This document shows, one piece after another, positions 9,712 to 20,296 of a stretch of 64,000 nt of DNA. The stretch is taken from the NCBI GenBank assembly GCA_030684645.1, contig JAUXUF010000179.1:40279-104278 (forward strand), read 5' to 3'. Numbering within the stretch: the first letter of the stretch is position 1; the number at the start of each line of letters is the position of its first letter. The translations under genes and the position numbers were made by a program. A model generated the notes under the pieces. That model was given only the letters and a program-made list of their open reading frames with translations, made no database searches and was not told the DNA's origin. This stretch comes from Bacteroidota bacterium (GTDB taxonomy: Bacteria > Bacteroidota > Bacteroidia > Bacteroidales > Prolixibacteraceae).

Positions 9712-12696
9712 TTAGTTTTTTTGCAGGTTTTCTATGGTTTTTATATCCTTGTATTCTTCATCTGATCCTTTGAATAAACCGTCAAGTACCAGGGTACTTT
9801 CCGGATTAGACAAAAGCAATTGTTTTAATACCTGTTTATCGGGAAAATCATTTATCGGTTTATTATAGTTCCAAAGGGTGCCGTAATTATCCTTTTCAGG
9901 TGCACCAACAAGGAGAATGCGGAATTTCAGATTTTTCAGCAATGCAAGGTTTTTGTTGAATTCGTCCGGATTACCCAAAATAAGTGCTGTAACTGGAGCC
10001 ACATACAGATTTGGCTCATTTACAGATTTAATCAAGGCTGAGATTTGCTCAAGATTACCGGGATTTCTGCCTGAAGCCATTCGCAAATTAACATTGATTT
10101 TATGCTTCGCAGCATATTGGCATATCACTTTTATGGTATTTTGCAATGATTCATTGAATTTTTCCATGGTGAAATTGATTTCAACCTTCCGGTGTGTGGT
10201 TAGGATCAGATCGCTGGCTCCTAAAACGGTCATTTTGTCGATAACCGATTTTATGGCTTCCATGCTTCGGGCATACTCAAGAGAATCACTGTTTACCAGC
10301 CGCAAATCAGGGTAAAGGTTAATTCCAGATGAAAAATCCACGATCACCTTTAATCCTTGCCGGTTTATCCAGCCGGATTCATTGGCAAGAATTGATTTTT
10401 CTTTTTCAAGCAGGTATTTCCAGTCAATTATTATCCTGTCGAAATTTTGAAAAAAAGTGGGACGAAGCAGGATTTCATCTTTTATGGATGAAATATTCCT
10501 AAGGGTTAGCCCCCTGTTTACAGGATTTGGCGCCGGTTGAATAAACGGGACATCCTCAATGTTGTTCTCTTCCATTTTAATATTAAAGATACGGATATCG
10601 CCTCCTTTAATTGTTTTTCCGGTATTCTTTCCGGTATTGTTGACAAAATTCCTGGGGAGGAAGCCAATGGCTTTTTGTTCTGAACAATCCAGCGGCAGTT
10701 CGGTAATCTTTATTATTTTGCCGGCATTTGAAGTGATTTGCAAGGGTTTCTCAAGCCAGGAATTATTGCAAACCGCTACTGTAAATTCCCCTTTGCTTTT
10801 ACGGCAGGTTATCAAACTGAGATCTTCGCCTGAGTTGAATATTTCATTTCTGCTGAAGATATCACCAAGGATTAACTTAACATGATTCAGCAAAGGGAAT
10901 GGAGTTTTAAAAGTCGAATCAATAGCCGATTTTGGGATACCCCGGGGATTTGAACCCAATCCGAAAGAAGAGGCAAAAGCCGTTATCTTTCCCAAACCAA
11001 CGGCATGTTCAATTACAAGTGGTTTATTATTGCAGGTGGCAATTGTATTCGTTTCTCCGGGAAAATGGATATCCTTGATCTGAAAGGCAGATTCTTCCTT
11101 CAGTTTGGTTTTGTTGTATGAAACCGATGCATTGTTATTAAAGGTTATATCATCCTTCCCGGTATTTATGCCGGATAATCCATCGGGCATATTTTCCAAA
11201 CTTCCAGCTGTTATAATCAGATGGCCTCCGGATTCAACATATTTTTCCAGTTTATCCTTTATTTCATAACCACCCTTTAGTTTGTCCGCGATAACCAGGA
11301 CAGGGTATTGTTTCAGCAACCATAACGGGCAATCACTTAGGATACAATCTGCTATATCGCCATGCGGAGTCGGTGCAATAAACCCTGTTTCATCATGAAA
11401 ATAAGAGGCATCCTGATATCCGGGATAAAGCATATTTAAAATGCCATCAGTTAAATAATCACCTTCTTCGTAAGGAAGGTTGCCCCAAACGCGATAAACA
11501 TTATTGGTATACTGTTGTCGGGGGAACGTCCAGCCGGAGAAAAAATCGACCATTACTGCAACCGGAGTGTAAAGATTGCCCGGATTGCCATATTTTTTTA
11601 CCCATTTATTTGCTGATTGCTGGATTTTCCCAATTGGGCTCAACTCTTCCTTTGACTTATACCGGATTTCTTTTTCATATTGGGCAGGAACCTGATACCA
11701 TCCTGGATCATTCTTATTGAAAAATGAGCCCTCGAATCCAACTGCGACACAGTTATACATGATGTGGCTATAAATCAATCGTTTGAGTAAACTCAGGCTG
11801 GTTCCTTCCATATCGCCACCATTATCGCTCGTGATGCCAGAATAGTTTTTCCAACCCCACCGGTTAAATACTGAGGCATTTCCAAACCAGGGCACACCAT
11901 ATTGTTTACCTGCTCCTCTGATAAAAGAGTAATATATCTGGCCATTGGGTAACGCTTGGGCAGTTTCAGCCCCAATCATGGTAGAAACTCCCTCCTTGAG
12001 CAAATAATGTCCAAAATTCAGCGAGATAAGTATTGTCATTTTATTCCCGAGCCTGTCGGTCAAACCCTGAAAATGGTTTTGAAAATTCAGGTATTGTTGT
12101 TCCCGGCTACCGCCGGGAGATATCATCTGACTGGCATACAGTCCGATGTACCTGCCGTCCTGTTCTCCATTGTCCATACCCAGCCAACGGGGCCCAAGTT
12201 CTTTTTCAAATAAGTTGAGTGCGTTCTGCGGAACCGAAAATTCCTGGCCGGAACAGTCGCGGCATGAAGAGCCGGGTACATAACCCCAAATATCAAATAA
12301 ATAAAGTCCTCTCTTTTTCAATTCAGATACAATCTCAGGTAGGTCTTTCCGGTAAATCAGGGGATACTTTGGCCATATAATATTACCAAGGCCATATTTG
12401 ACGGTATAATTATCCAGCGATTTTTTATAGTCACCTTCTAAGCTGCGCAATGCCATAAATTGGATTTGATTTCCGAAGGTTCCCGCATCCGGCGGTTTTA
12501 CTAAACGACGGGCATCATCAGGATGTTGGCGGGGATTCATCGGATAATTATACATTCTGATTTTATTGACACCTGTTTCCGTCTGCGAAAAACAGGAATA
12601 ACCCGAAATGCCAAAAATGATTATCAGGGAAATAATTTTTTTAAAATTCATTTTCATTTCATTTATTTTTTGATGAAGGATTATTAAAACTGCCAT
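9712..12696 (-). CDS. Unassigned secreted GH-like protein with C-terminal xylose-isomerase-like TIM barrel (probable start 12657)
   Basis: 994 aa ORF; the signal peptide begins at MKMNFKK (ATG at 12657). Putative barrel motif WLGMDNGEQDGRY. GH42-domain-B-like segment YPVLVIAD..KLEKYVESGGHLII. The last ~270 aa resemble AP-endonuclease-2/isomerase barrels (SMEAIKSVIDKMTVLGASDLIL). Confidence 0.5.
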   Translation of the reverse strand: MAVLIILHQKINEMKMNFKKIISLIIIFGISGYSCFSQTETGVNKIRMYNYPMNPRQHPDDARRLVKPPDAGTFGNQIQFMALRSLEGDYKKSLDNYTVKYGLGNIIWPKYPLIYRKDLPEIVSELKKRGLYLFDIWGYVPGSSCRDCSGQEFSVPQNALNLFEKELGPRWLGMDNGEQDGRYIGLYASQMISPGGSREQQYLNFQNHFQGLTDRLGNKMTILISLNFGHYLLKEGVSTMIGAETAQALPNGQIYYSFIRGAGKQYGVPWFGNASVFNRWGWKNYSGITSDNGGDMEGTSLSLLKRLIYSHIMYNCVAVGFEGSFFNKNDPGWYQVPAQYEKEIRYKSKEELSPIGKIQQSANKWVKKYGNPGNLYTPVAVMVDFFSGWTFPRQQYTNNVYRVWGNLPYEEGDYLTDGILNMLYPGYQDASYFHDETGFIAPTPHGDIADCILSDCPLWLLKQYPVLVIADKLKGGYEIKDKLEKYVESGGHLIITAGSLENMPDGLSGINTGKDDITFNNNASVSYNKTKLKEESAFQIKDIHFPGETNTIATCNNKPLVIEHAVGLGKITAFASSFGLGSNPRGIPKSAIDSTFKTPFPLLNHVKLILGDIFSRNEIFNSGEDLSLITCRKSKGEFTVAVCNNSWLEKPLQITSNAGKIIKITELPLDCSEQKAIGFLPRNFVNNTGKNTGKTIKGGDIRIFNIKMEENNIEDVPFIQPAPNPVNRGLTLRNISSIKDEILLRPTFFQNFDRIIIDWKYLLEKEKSILANESGWINRQGLKVIVDFSSGINLYPDLRLVNSDSLEYARSMEAIKSVIDKMTVLGASDLILTTHRKVEINFTMEKFNESLQNTIKVICQYAAKHKINVNLRMASGRNPGNLEQISALIKSVNEPNLYVAPVTALILGNPDEFNKNLALLKNLKFRILLVGAPEKDNYGTLWNYNKPINDFPDKQVLKQLLLSNPESTLVLDGLFKGSDEEYKDIKTIENLQKN

Positions 12697-12714
12697 ATCT
12701 TCTTCTATTATAAA

Positions 12715-14049
12715 CTAATGTGAAATATTTTCGCCTATATCTTCGAGTGTTCTCCCTTTAGTTTCCGGAAAATATTTCCATACCACAATTACCTGAATAA
12801 TCATCATGATCGAAAAAAACAGAAATGTATGACCTACTCCAAATTGAGATGTTTTCGCAACCACCGGAAATAAAAATGTAATTAATGCAGCAAAAAACCA
12901 ATGGGTAAAACTACCGAGGGATTGCCCTTTCCCACGAATGCTATTCGGAAATATTTCAGCGATTAATACCCAAATAACAGCGCCTGTTGAAAAACCGAAG
13001 AACATAATATAAGTCAATAAAAGGACCAGCAAGCCGTATCCTGAGAAATCCTGCATGTAAAATATTTTGGCTACAAGGCCCAAACATATTGACATTCCAA
13101 TGGAGCCGACGATCAGTAGTTTCTTTCGCCCAACTTTGTCTATAAGTACCATCCCAACAATTGTAAATATTCCCATCATAAGGCCAACCAGGATGGATTG
13201 AAACATTGAATCGGCATTGGTAAGTCCGCTTAGTTCGAATATGCGCGGTGCGTAATATAAAATAGCATTGATCCCTGAAAACTGATTAAACATCGCCACC
13301 AAAAATGCAATAGAAATTGGCTTGAAGTAGATCCGGGAAAATAAACGTTGATTGCCATTGGATGATTTTGCCATACTTCCCTTTATCTCTTCAACCTCTT
13401 CGTCTATTGAAGCGATCTCAATCTTTTCCAGAATGATTTTTGCTTTTGCTATTTGTCCGATTTTAATAAGAAATCTCGGGCTCTCAGGGATTAAAAATAG
13501 CAAGCTAAAAAACAGGAATGCCGGAATACCGGCAACGCCAAGCATCCATCGCCACGGCTCAGCCCCGACATTGCGCAGTAGAAAGTTGGAAACATAAGCG
13601 ATTAAAATCCCGGAAATAACATTGATCTGAAACATCGCTGTCATCCTTCCCCTGATTTTTGCCGGCGAAATCTCTGCAATATACATTGGAGCTACTACAG
13701 ACGAAGCGCCAACCCCGATACCTCCGAGAAACCGAAACAGAATAAACAAACTCACATTACTGGCAAGGGCGCTTCCAACGGCCGTGATGACGTATAATGC
13801 CGCAATTATAAAAAGGATGGGTTTTCTGCCATACCGGTCGGCCGGTTCTCCGGAGATAAATGCCCCTAATACAGTTCCAATTAATGCGGAAGAAATTGTA
13901 AATCCGTGCCAAAACGGGCCAAGCTGAAATAAGCTCTGGATGTGTTTTTCAACTCCTGAAATAACTGCGGTGTCAAAGCCAAATAGAAAGCCGCCCAAGG
14001 CTACAATGACTGACCAGATTAGAACTTTTGTGTTTGTTTTGTTCTTCAT
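12715..14049 (-). CDS. Sugar porter family MFS transporter
   Basis: 444 aa with 12 hydrophobic segments. Motifs LGGFLFGFDTAVISG, DRYGRK, PMYIAEISP..RG, PESPR, NQFSGINAILYYAP, DKVGRK and PETKG. Confidence 0.95.
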   Translation of the reverse strand: MKNKTNTKVLIWSVIVALGGFLFGFDTAVISGVEKHIQSLFQLGPFWHGFTISSALIGTVLGAFISGEPADRYGRKPILFIIAALYVITAVGSALASNVSLFILFRFLGGIGVGASSVVAPMYIAEISPAKIRGRMTAMFQINVISGILIAYVSNFLLRNVGAEPWRWMLGVAGIPAFLFFSLLFLIPESPRFLIKIGQIAKAKIILEKIEIASIDEEVEEIKGSMAKSSNGNQRLFSRIYFKPISIAFLVAMFNQFSGINAILYYAPRIFELSGLTNADSMFQSILVGLMMGIFTIVGMVLIDKVGRKKLLIVGSIGMSICLGLVAKIFYMQDFSGYGLLVLLLTYIMFFGFSTGAVIWVLIAEIFPNSIRGKGQSLGSFTHWFFAALITFLFPVVAKTSQFGVGHTFLFFSIMMIIQVIVVWKYFPETKGRTLEDIGENISH

Positions 14050-14113
14050 AAATTGAAATAATTATTAAGAATTAACACGCCATGTATGCAGCCATTAGCC
14101 TTATTTCAGCCCA

Positions 14114-15757
14114 TTAATATGGATTAGAAGGGCTTAATTCCCATATTTTTACACTTTTTGCTTCTATATTCCCTCCTTCAGAGAACAAACTTATTCCCAT
14201 GCCTCCGAGTGTAGGATACACCATGCGCCCGATGGCTTGCCTGTCGTTGGCAAATACTTCTATTATTGATTTATCAACGAATATTCTCAAAACCAGTGGC
14301 TCGCCGTTTTTAATTTCCAATGGAGCTTCTTCAATTATTTTACGACCAAATTTTAAACCCGATTTTCTTGTGTCAAATTTCAGTTTCTTATCTGACTTAT
14401 CGTAATAAATTGAAGTTTCTTCACGACCATCGTCCGATACACCAACTTTTACCCCATATTGCATGGCATTATTAGGCTGAATTGTTACTTCAAGTTCCAT
14501 TAATTCATGACCAGATTGATTCAGTTTAAATTCACTGCCGGAGGCTACTTTCACATTTGTGATTGTCGATTCTTTCATCCTCAGCGTCTTCAGTTCTTTT
14601 ACAGGTCTAATTCTCAGGGTTCCATCCTTACCAAGCCACAGCGAACGGGGAAGTCCATAAGTCCCTGTCCATCCCCAATATTTTTTTATCGAATCCGGAC
14701 GATCATCAAATATCCAACTCCACATAATTTGTCTCCCTTTACCGTCTATCAATGCTTCCGGTGCAAAATAGGCATTGTCTTTCCAGGTCATACGACCATG
14801 ATTATTGGGATAAAAATGATCATTTTTGTAATCGCCAATATAATACTGACATCCTTTGTTGTGGCTAATCGAAAGCAAAAGGTACTTATTGCTTGGCCTT
14901 CCACCATCAGGAGAAGAGGGTAAAGGAAGAAAAGAGGGACACATATTGTCCTCCGAAGCATCTGTCCACTCCCGTTTTGATTCATAAAAACGATGAATAT
15001 AGTTCCAGTCTTTAAGGTTTTTTGACTTAAATAGATAAAGCCGGTCACCCTGTTCATCGGCAGGTGAATCAGCTTTTCTACCATACTTGTTTAATACCAT
15101 TAAATTACCTGTTAGCAGGTAATAACTTCCATCTTTTTTCCAGATGTTCGATGGGTCAGCAGAGCCTACATGTATCTCTTTCCCTGATGCGTCCTTCATT
15201 TCGGTGATACCCCATTCAGTAGATTTAATCACCGGATTACTTCCTGATTTCTCCCATTTATTAAAGTTATGATCAGCGCTTTTTGCAAGGCCAATACCTC
15301 TATCGCCCCACAACATCCAATAGGATAATACCGCCGAACCATCATCATCAACAAAAGCTCCTCCGCTAAAACAACCTTCATCACCATCACCAGGACCAAT
15401 GGCATCGGGATGAAAGCGCCAATGCAACATATCTGTACTTGATACGTGCCCCCAGGCAAAGCCATTTCCCGTACTGTTATAGAGAAACATCAAATGGTAA
15501 CGTCCATCATGATAAAAGGCGCCATTAGGATCACCTGGTCGCCCATCATCTTCCGGAAAGCAGAAGTGATATGCCGGTCGATAGGGGTCTGCCAACAGGC
15601 GCTCTCTAAATTCCCGGGTTGCTTTAAGGACTTCTTTTGAAATGTCTTGATTTGGATTAACAAGAGCAGGAACTGGTGCCGGATTATTTTGCGAAAAGGC
15701 AGATAAATGCAATAATAAGAAGGCCATAAGTAAAAGCAAAAAATGTTTCATGATCAT
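14114..15757 (-). CDS. GH32-like glycosidase with non-canonical motifs
   Basis: 547 aa with signal peptide. Motifs RPAYHF, GDPNG, WGHVSSTDMLHW, FSGGA, YFAPE..GRQIMWSW, LPRSL, and C-terminal LRIFVDKSIIEVFAN. Confidence 0.9.
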   Translation of the reverse strand: MIMKHFLLLLMAFLLLHLSAFSQNNPAPVPALVNPNQDISKEVLKATREFRERLLADPYRPAYHFCFPEDDGRPGDPNGAFYHDGRYHLMFLYNSTGNGFAWGHVSSTDMLHWRFHPDAIGPGDGDEGCFSGGAFVDDDGSAVLSYWMLWGDRGIGLAKSADHNFNKWEKSGSNPVIKSTEWGITEMKDASGKEIHVGSADPSNIWKKDGSYYLLTGNLMVLNKYGRKADSPADEQGDRLYLFKSKNLKDWNYIHRFYESKREWTDASEDNMCPSFLPLPSSPDGGRPSNKYLLLSISHNKGCQYYIGDYKNDHFYPNNHGRMTWKDNAYFAPEALIDGKGRQIMWSWIFDDRPDSIKKYWGWTGTYGLPRSLWLGKDGTLRIRPVKELKTLRMKESTITNVKVASGSEFKLNQSGHELMELEVTIQPNNAMQYGVKVGVSDDGREETSIYYDKSDKKLKFDTRKSGLKFGRKIIEEAPLEIKNGEPLVLRIFVDKSIIEVFANDRQAIGRMVYPTLGGMGISLFSEGGNIEAKSVKIWELSPSNPY

Positions 15758-15789
15758 TAATTTCGGAAAAAATATTCACTTTATCTTGA

Positions 15790-17373
15790 TTACCACTGCA
15801 TTGCAGGGAATAATTTCCAGGCCTTTATTTCCTCTGCTTTGATGGGTGCATCTTCAGCAAAAACCTGAACATTGACTGCATCTTTCAGTGTTGGATAGAT
15901 TACCTGAGTAATACATTGACGGCCATTGGCAAAGACTTCAAGCATTGATTTGTCGAGAAAAATGCGAAGCCTAACTTTTTCGCCAGATTTTACCGTAAAT
16001 GGGGCATCTTCGGTTTCAATAACCGGGTTGTTTTTTGGATCAGGAGATGCAAATGCCATCGCGAACTCTGTATAATCGGGTTTATTCAGCCCTGATTGAC
16101 GCATGTCGATTTGTAATTTATCTTTATCGCGGTCAATAACTATTGGCGTTTGCTCACGCCCGTCTTTTGAGCAAAAGACTTTGACTCCAAATCGTTTTGC
16201 TTTTCCAGGGGAAATCACAATATCCATTTCAATACTATTTCCGGCAATATTGTTTAGCGTTACAGACTGACCTGCTGCGACCGAAAACGGTTTTTCTTCG
16301 GTTGGGTTATACCTTAAGTGCTCTACTTCCTTCGGCGGCTCAATATTCAACGAAAGTTTGTCTTTCGACAATGTCAGCACCCGGGGCATCGACATAGTTC
16401 CGCTTGAAACCCCTGATTTCCGGTCAAGTACCCAGGCCCACAGAATACGTCTCCCCATATTGTCAAGAAGGGTTTCGGGAGCAAAAAAAGTTCCGCCCGG
16501 CCAGTTCATACGGTGATGCGACTCAGGATTAAACTGTTTGCCATCCCATGTACCAATATAATATCGCCCACCTCGGGCATGACTGATACAAAGAAGCACC
16601 CATTTATCGCCGAGCTTAAAAAAATCGGGGCATGAAATATCTTCAAAATCATTTACCCCCGGCATATTATGGGTCATAAATCCTCCAATTTTCTTCATGG
16701 GTTTGTCATAGGAATCTCCAACATAAAGAACCGGAGGATTAGGATGTTTGGCGCTAGGTACGCCTCCGGAAATCTGATAATAAGTATCTCCATCGACCCA
16801 CATGTGTGGATCCCAACCTGGCTTTGCGATAGGATTTGTTTTCGGTTTTGTCCAATGATTCATATCTTTCTGATTACCATAGGCAACACAATTCCCATCT
16901 GTACCTAAACCATGATAGGCCAAAACCACATTTCCATCGTTGGCCAAAAACGCATTACCGCTGAAAATGTCATGTTCAGGGTCGCCGGAAAGAGGTTGTA
17001 AGTCGTTAGAATACCAGCGCCAATGAAACAAATCGATACTTGAAAGATGTTGCCAATGACAACTGTTTTCATCTTGATAGATATGCCAAAGATGATAAAC
17101 ACCATCTATGAAAATGGCCCCATTCGGATCGAATGGAAAGCCCTTGCCTTCTGCAATAGTAAGATGCCATGCAGGACGTATCGGATCGTTCAGTTCTGCA
17201 CGGTGTATCCGTCTTGCTGCCTCGATATCTCCCGGCATTATCCTCTTTATCCGCGTTGTATCTGTCTGCTCTTGTGCTTTTGAGGTAATATTTAATAAGA
17301 AGAGCGTTGCTATAAGAATTAAAAAATATTTCATTTGAAAGTGTAATTTAATATTAAAAAAGTACTTTCTCAC
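15790..17373 (-). CDS. GH32-like glycosidase with non-canonical motifs (probable start 17334)
   Basis: 527 aa ORF; the signal peptide begins at MKYFLIL. Motifs RPAWHL, FDPNG, WQHLSSIDLFHW, IFSGNA, CPDFF, FFAPETLLD..RRILWAW, MPRVL and LRIFLDKSMLEVFAN. Confidence 0.9.
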   Translation of the reverse strand: MRKYFFNIKLHFQMKYFLILIATLFLLNITSKAQEQTDTTRIKRIMPGDIEAARRIHRAELNDPIRPAWHLTIAEGKGFPFDPNGAIFIDGVYHLWHIYQDENSCHWQHLSSIDLFHWRWYSNDLQPLSGDPEHDIFSGNAFLANDGNVVLAYHGLGTDGNCVAYGNQKDMNHWTKPKTNPIAKPGWDPHMWVDGDTYYQISGGVPSAKHPNPPVLYVGDSYDKPMKKIGGFMTHNMPGVNDFEDISCPDFFKLGDKWVLLCISHARGGRYYIGTWDGKQFNPESHHRMNWPGGTFFAPETLLDNMGRRILWAWVLDRKSGVSSGTMSMPRVLTLSKDKLSLNIEPPKEVEHLRYNPTEEKPFSVAAGQSVTLNNIAGNSIEMDIVISPGKAKRFGVKVFCSKDGREQTPIVIDRDKDKLQIDMRQSGLNKPDYTEFAMAFASPDPKNNPVIETEDAPFTVKSGEKVRLRIFLDKSMLEVFANGRQCITQVIYPTLKDAVNVQVFAEDAPIKAEEIKAWKLFPAMQW

Positions 17374-17374
17374 T

Positions 17375-20230
17375 TCAATTTACACTGACAGGCACCAAGA
17401 TGTGATATTTCCCGGAACCTAAAAGCAGGACCGTTTCTTTTTCATTCCAGTGCTTTTTATCAATCATAGCCGATGGAACCGGTTTTGAATTTAATTTGAT
17501 CCGATCTTGGTTCTCACAGGGTATAACTACTGATGCACTGGTATTTACAGGTATCTCAATGCTAAGGGAAAACAGGCCATTCTCCAATTTCCAGCTGGAG
17601 ACAATACAACCGTACATCGTGTTATACGATCCTTTAGCCCATGTTATAGTCCCCCCGGGTTGCGGATGAATAACAAAATGTTTATACCCTGGTTTTGCTT
17701 CATCCAGATTGATTCCTAAGATTACTCTATACATCCATTCGCCTACCGACCCAATTGAATAATGACAAAATGAATTCATTCCCGGATTCTGAAATCCTCT
17801 TCCTTTCACATATCCATCCCACCGTTCCCAGATCGTTGTGGCACCCTGATCAATTGAATAAAGCCATGACGGAAAACGCTCTGATTCCAGCAATTGGTAA
17901 GCTATGTCATTTCGCCCCCTCTGTGTGAGTTCCTTCATCAACATTGGGGTAGTAATAAATCCAGTGGAAATCCGCCAATCGTATTCTTCGATACACTCAA
18001 TCAAATGGTCAAACGCCTTTTGCTGTTTATCTTCCGGCAACAAGTCGAAATTTAAGGCCAGCGCATAAGCTGACTGGGTATTCCCTTTTATCCGGGCATC
18101 CTCATCAACGTATGTATCGTTGAATTTTTGTCTGATGCTCTCAAACAATTTTGAATATTCCTTCGCATCCTCTTTATAACCCAAAATGGCAGCCATTTGC
18201 GAGAACAGCCGTACAGAATTAGCATAGAAAGCGGTTGCAAAAACATCTTTGGGAACCTCTCCCCTCTGGTTGGAATATCCTTCGGCAATAATTGTATTTG
18301 CATTGAGCCAGTCACCATATTGGTTTCCCACATCGTTCAGCCACAAATGATCATGATTTTGCCTGGTGATGTTCTCCAGGTATCTTTTCATGGCATCATA
18401 ATGCTGGCTCAAGAGTTCTGTATCTCCGTAGTTCAGGTACATCCTCCATGGCACTATAATCCCCGCATCGGCCCAGGCGGGTGCGTTACTAAACCTTATA
18501 TCCGGTTTGTTTGCATGTGGGGCAATATCCGGAAATGCGCCTCTCTGAGACTGGGCATCCCTGATATCTTTGACCCATTTGGTATAGAATGCGGCCATAT
18601 TCATGTTAAACATGCTGGTCTGACAAAACACCTGTGCATCACCCATCCATCCCATCCGTTCATCGCGCTGCGGGCAATCGGTGGGCACACTGGTCATGTT
18701 GTCACGCTGGGTCCATAAGATATTGCTCCACAGCTGATTCAGTTTTGGATTGGAGCATTCAAAGGAACCTGTAACTTCCGGACTGGAAGAGATGACGCAG
18801 GCTTTGATCATCTCCCTGGCGGGAGCACTCCTTAATCCGGAAACCTCAACATAACGGAATCCGTGATAGGTAAAAGAAGGTTCAAACATATCATTTCCTC
18901 CGGAGAGAATATAGTTATCTTCCTGAATTGCAGCTGCTAGATTTTCGGTGTATAGTGAACCATCCTCATTAAGCATCTCGCCATGTCTGATTTTGATGAA
19001 ATCTCCTTTCTTTCCCTTTATTTTGAGTTGCGTCCATCCGGTGAGGTTCTGACCGAAATCGATGATAAACTTTTCATCCAGTGGAAATATATTTATGGGC
19101 GACAGGGTTTTATAAACACGAATCGGTTCATTCTTCTGTGCTTCCAGGTTTTTATGGATTGTATGATCAACATACGCATTTTCCCACAAAGCATCATCAA
19201 AGTCAACATCCTTCCATCCGGAAGGGATTTTCCGCGCATCAATGGTCTGACCTAAAAAATTGTCGGCAGATAAAATATAACCTTGCGTATTTATCTTCCA
19301 TGATCCATCGGTAACCACAACCTGATTTGTTCCGTCCAGGTAATCTATGTCCAGCTGGGCTATCAGTCGTCGGTCATTTCCGTACACGCCCCTGCGGGGA
19401 TAATCGGCATGCCATTTGGTGGGGCCCAGCATACCGAGGTACCATCCATCGCCTAAAACAGTAGAAAGTACATTTTCCCCCTGCATGAGATCCTTGCTGA
19501 TATCGTATACTTGATACTGCACTCTTTTGTCATAGTTAGTCCATTCGGGGGTCAAAACCTGATCTCCGACCTTATTCCCGTTGAGTCCCATTTCGTAATA
19601 TCCCAGCGCTGACGCATAAAGGAAGGCTTTCTTAATCCCGGGCTTTACCATAAATTTCTTTCGCAACATCGGGGAAGGAGGAGGAATAGGCCTGACATTT
19701 TTCAAAGCCCCATCCTTTCCCGGATTGTAATGATCAAGATACTGTTTATATGCTTTTTGTGCCAGGTCGGGCTGAGCTCCAATCCATTTTGCCTGCCAGT
19801 CTGTTTCTTCGAGTAACCCCATGCTCCAGAAAGCAGTTTCACTCCAGAAAGCAGTTTCACTTTCGTTCATCCAGACCTTCACTTTCCAATAACAAAGCTG
19901 CATGCTACCAGGCGGTTTTCCGCCGTAAACAATTTGTGTGCTTGCATCCGATTCAACCTTTCCACTGTTCCAAAGATCGGCATCCTCATCCAACAGTTTT
20001 TCAGGAGAGCTGGCGACCAGTATTTGATATGCCGTTTGTTTTTGGTTAAAAAAGTCGTCTTTTACCGCATCCAGCTGCCAGCTCAAACGGGGTCCAGGCA
20101 CATCAATCCCCATTGGATTGGTCAGGTACTCACATTTCAGTCTGGTCACTATTATTTTTGCCTCTTCCCGGGAGCAGGAGAAGATAAGAAATGGAAATAA
20201 CAACAAGATTATTTTAAGTAGCTTTATCAC
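17375..20230 (-). CDS. GH78 alpha-L-rhamnosidase (lipoprotein)
   Basis: 951 aa with lipobox IFSC. Motifs LKCEYLTNPMGID, DFGQNLTGW, FTYHGFRYVE, PTDCPQRDERMGWMGD, GDWL, ATTIWERW and MNSFCHY. Confidence 0.95.
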   Translation of the reverse strand: MIKLLKIILLLFPFLIFSCSREEAKIIVTRLKCEYLTNPMGIDVPGPRLSWQLDAVKDDFFNQKQTAYQILVASSPEKLLDEDADLWNSGKVESDASTQIVYGGKPPGSMQLCYWKVKVWMNESETAFWSETAFWSMGLLEETDWQAKWIGAQPDLAQKAYKQYLDHYNPGKDGALKNVRPIPPPSPMLRKKFMVKPGIKKAFLYASALGYYEMGLNGNKVGDQVLTPEWTNYDKRVQYQVYDISKDLMQGENVLSTVLGDGWYLGMLGPTKWHADYPRRGVYGNDRRLIAQLDIDYLDGTNQVVVTDGSWKINTQGYILSADNFLGQTIDARKIPSGWKDVDFDDALWENAYVDHTIHKNLEAQKNEPIRVYKTLSPINIFPLDEKFIIDFGQNLTGWTQLKIKGKKGDFIKIRHGEMLNEDGSLYTENLAAAIQEDNYILSGGNDMFEPSFTYHGFRYVEVSGLRSAPAREMIKACVISSSPEVTGSFECSNPKLNQLWSNILWTQRDNMTSVPTDCPQRDERMGWMGDAQVFCQTSMFNMNMAAFYTKWVKDIRDAQSQRGAFPDIAPHANKPDIRFSNAPAWADAGIIVPWRMYLNYGDTELLSQHYDAMKRYLENITRQNHDHLWLNDVGNQYGDWLNANTIIAEGYSNQRGEVPKDVFATAFYANSVRLFSQMAAILGYKEDAKEYSKLFESIRQKFNDTYVDEDARIKGNTQSAYALALNFDLLPEDKQQKAFDHLIECIEEYDWRISTGFITTPMLMKELTQRGRNDIAYQLLESERFPSWLYSIDQGATTIWERWDGYVKGRGFQNPGMNSFCHYSIGSVGEWMYRVILGINLDEAKPGYKHFVIHPQPGGTITWAKGSYNTMYGCIVSSWKLENGLFSLSIEIPVNTSASVVIPCENQDRIKLNSKPVPSAMIDKKHWNEKETVLLLGSGKYHILVPVSVN
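19824..19861. repeat. 18-bp perfect tandem duplication inside the GH78 gene
   Basis: ctccagaaagcagtttca occurs twice in tandem, encoding SETAFW-SETAFW in frame. Confidence 0.9.
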
Positions 20231-20296
20231 GTTTTATAACATTAAAAATGGCAATGTATTTTCCTGTCAACCAACTAATTAATATTCTTTCTATTA

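Noticed and set aside
12715-17373. Ordinary fructan/sucrose utilisation module (two GH32 plus porter)
   Set aside because: Both GH32s lack RDP and EC, and there is no fructokinase. A fructan role is not supported, though not excluded.
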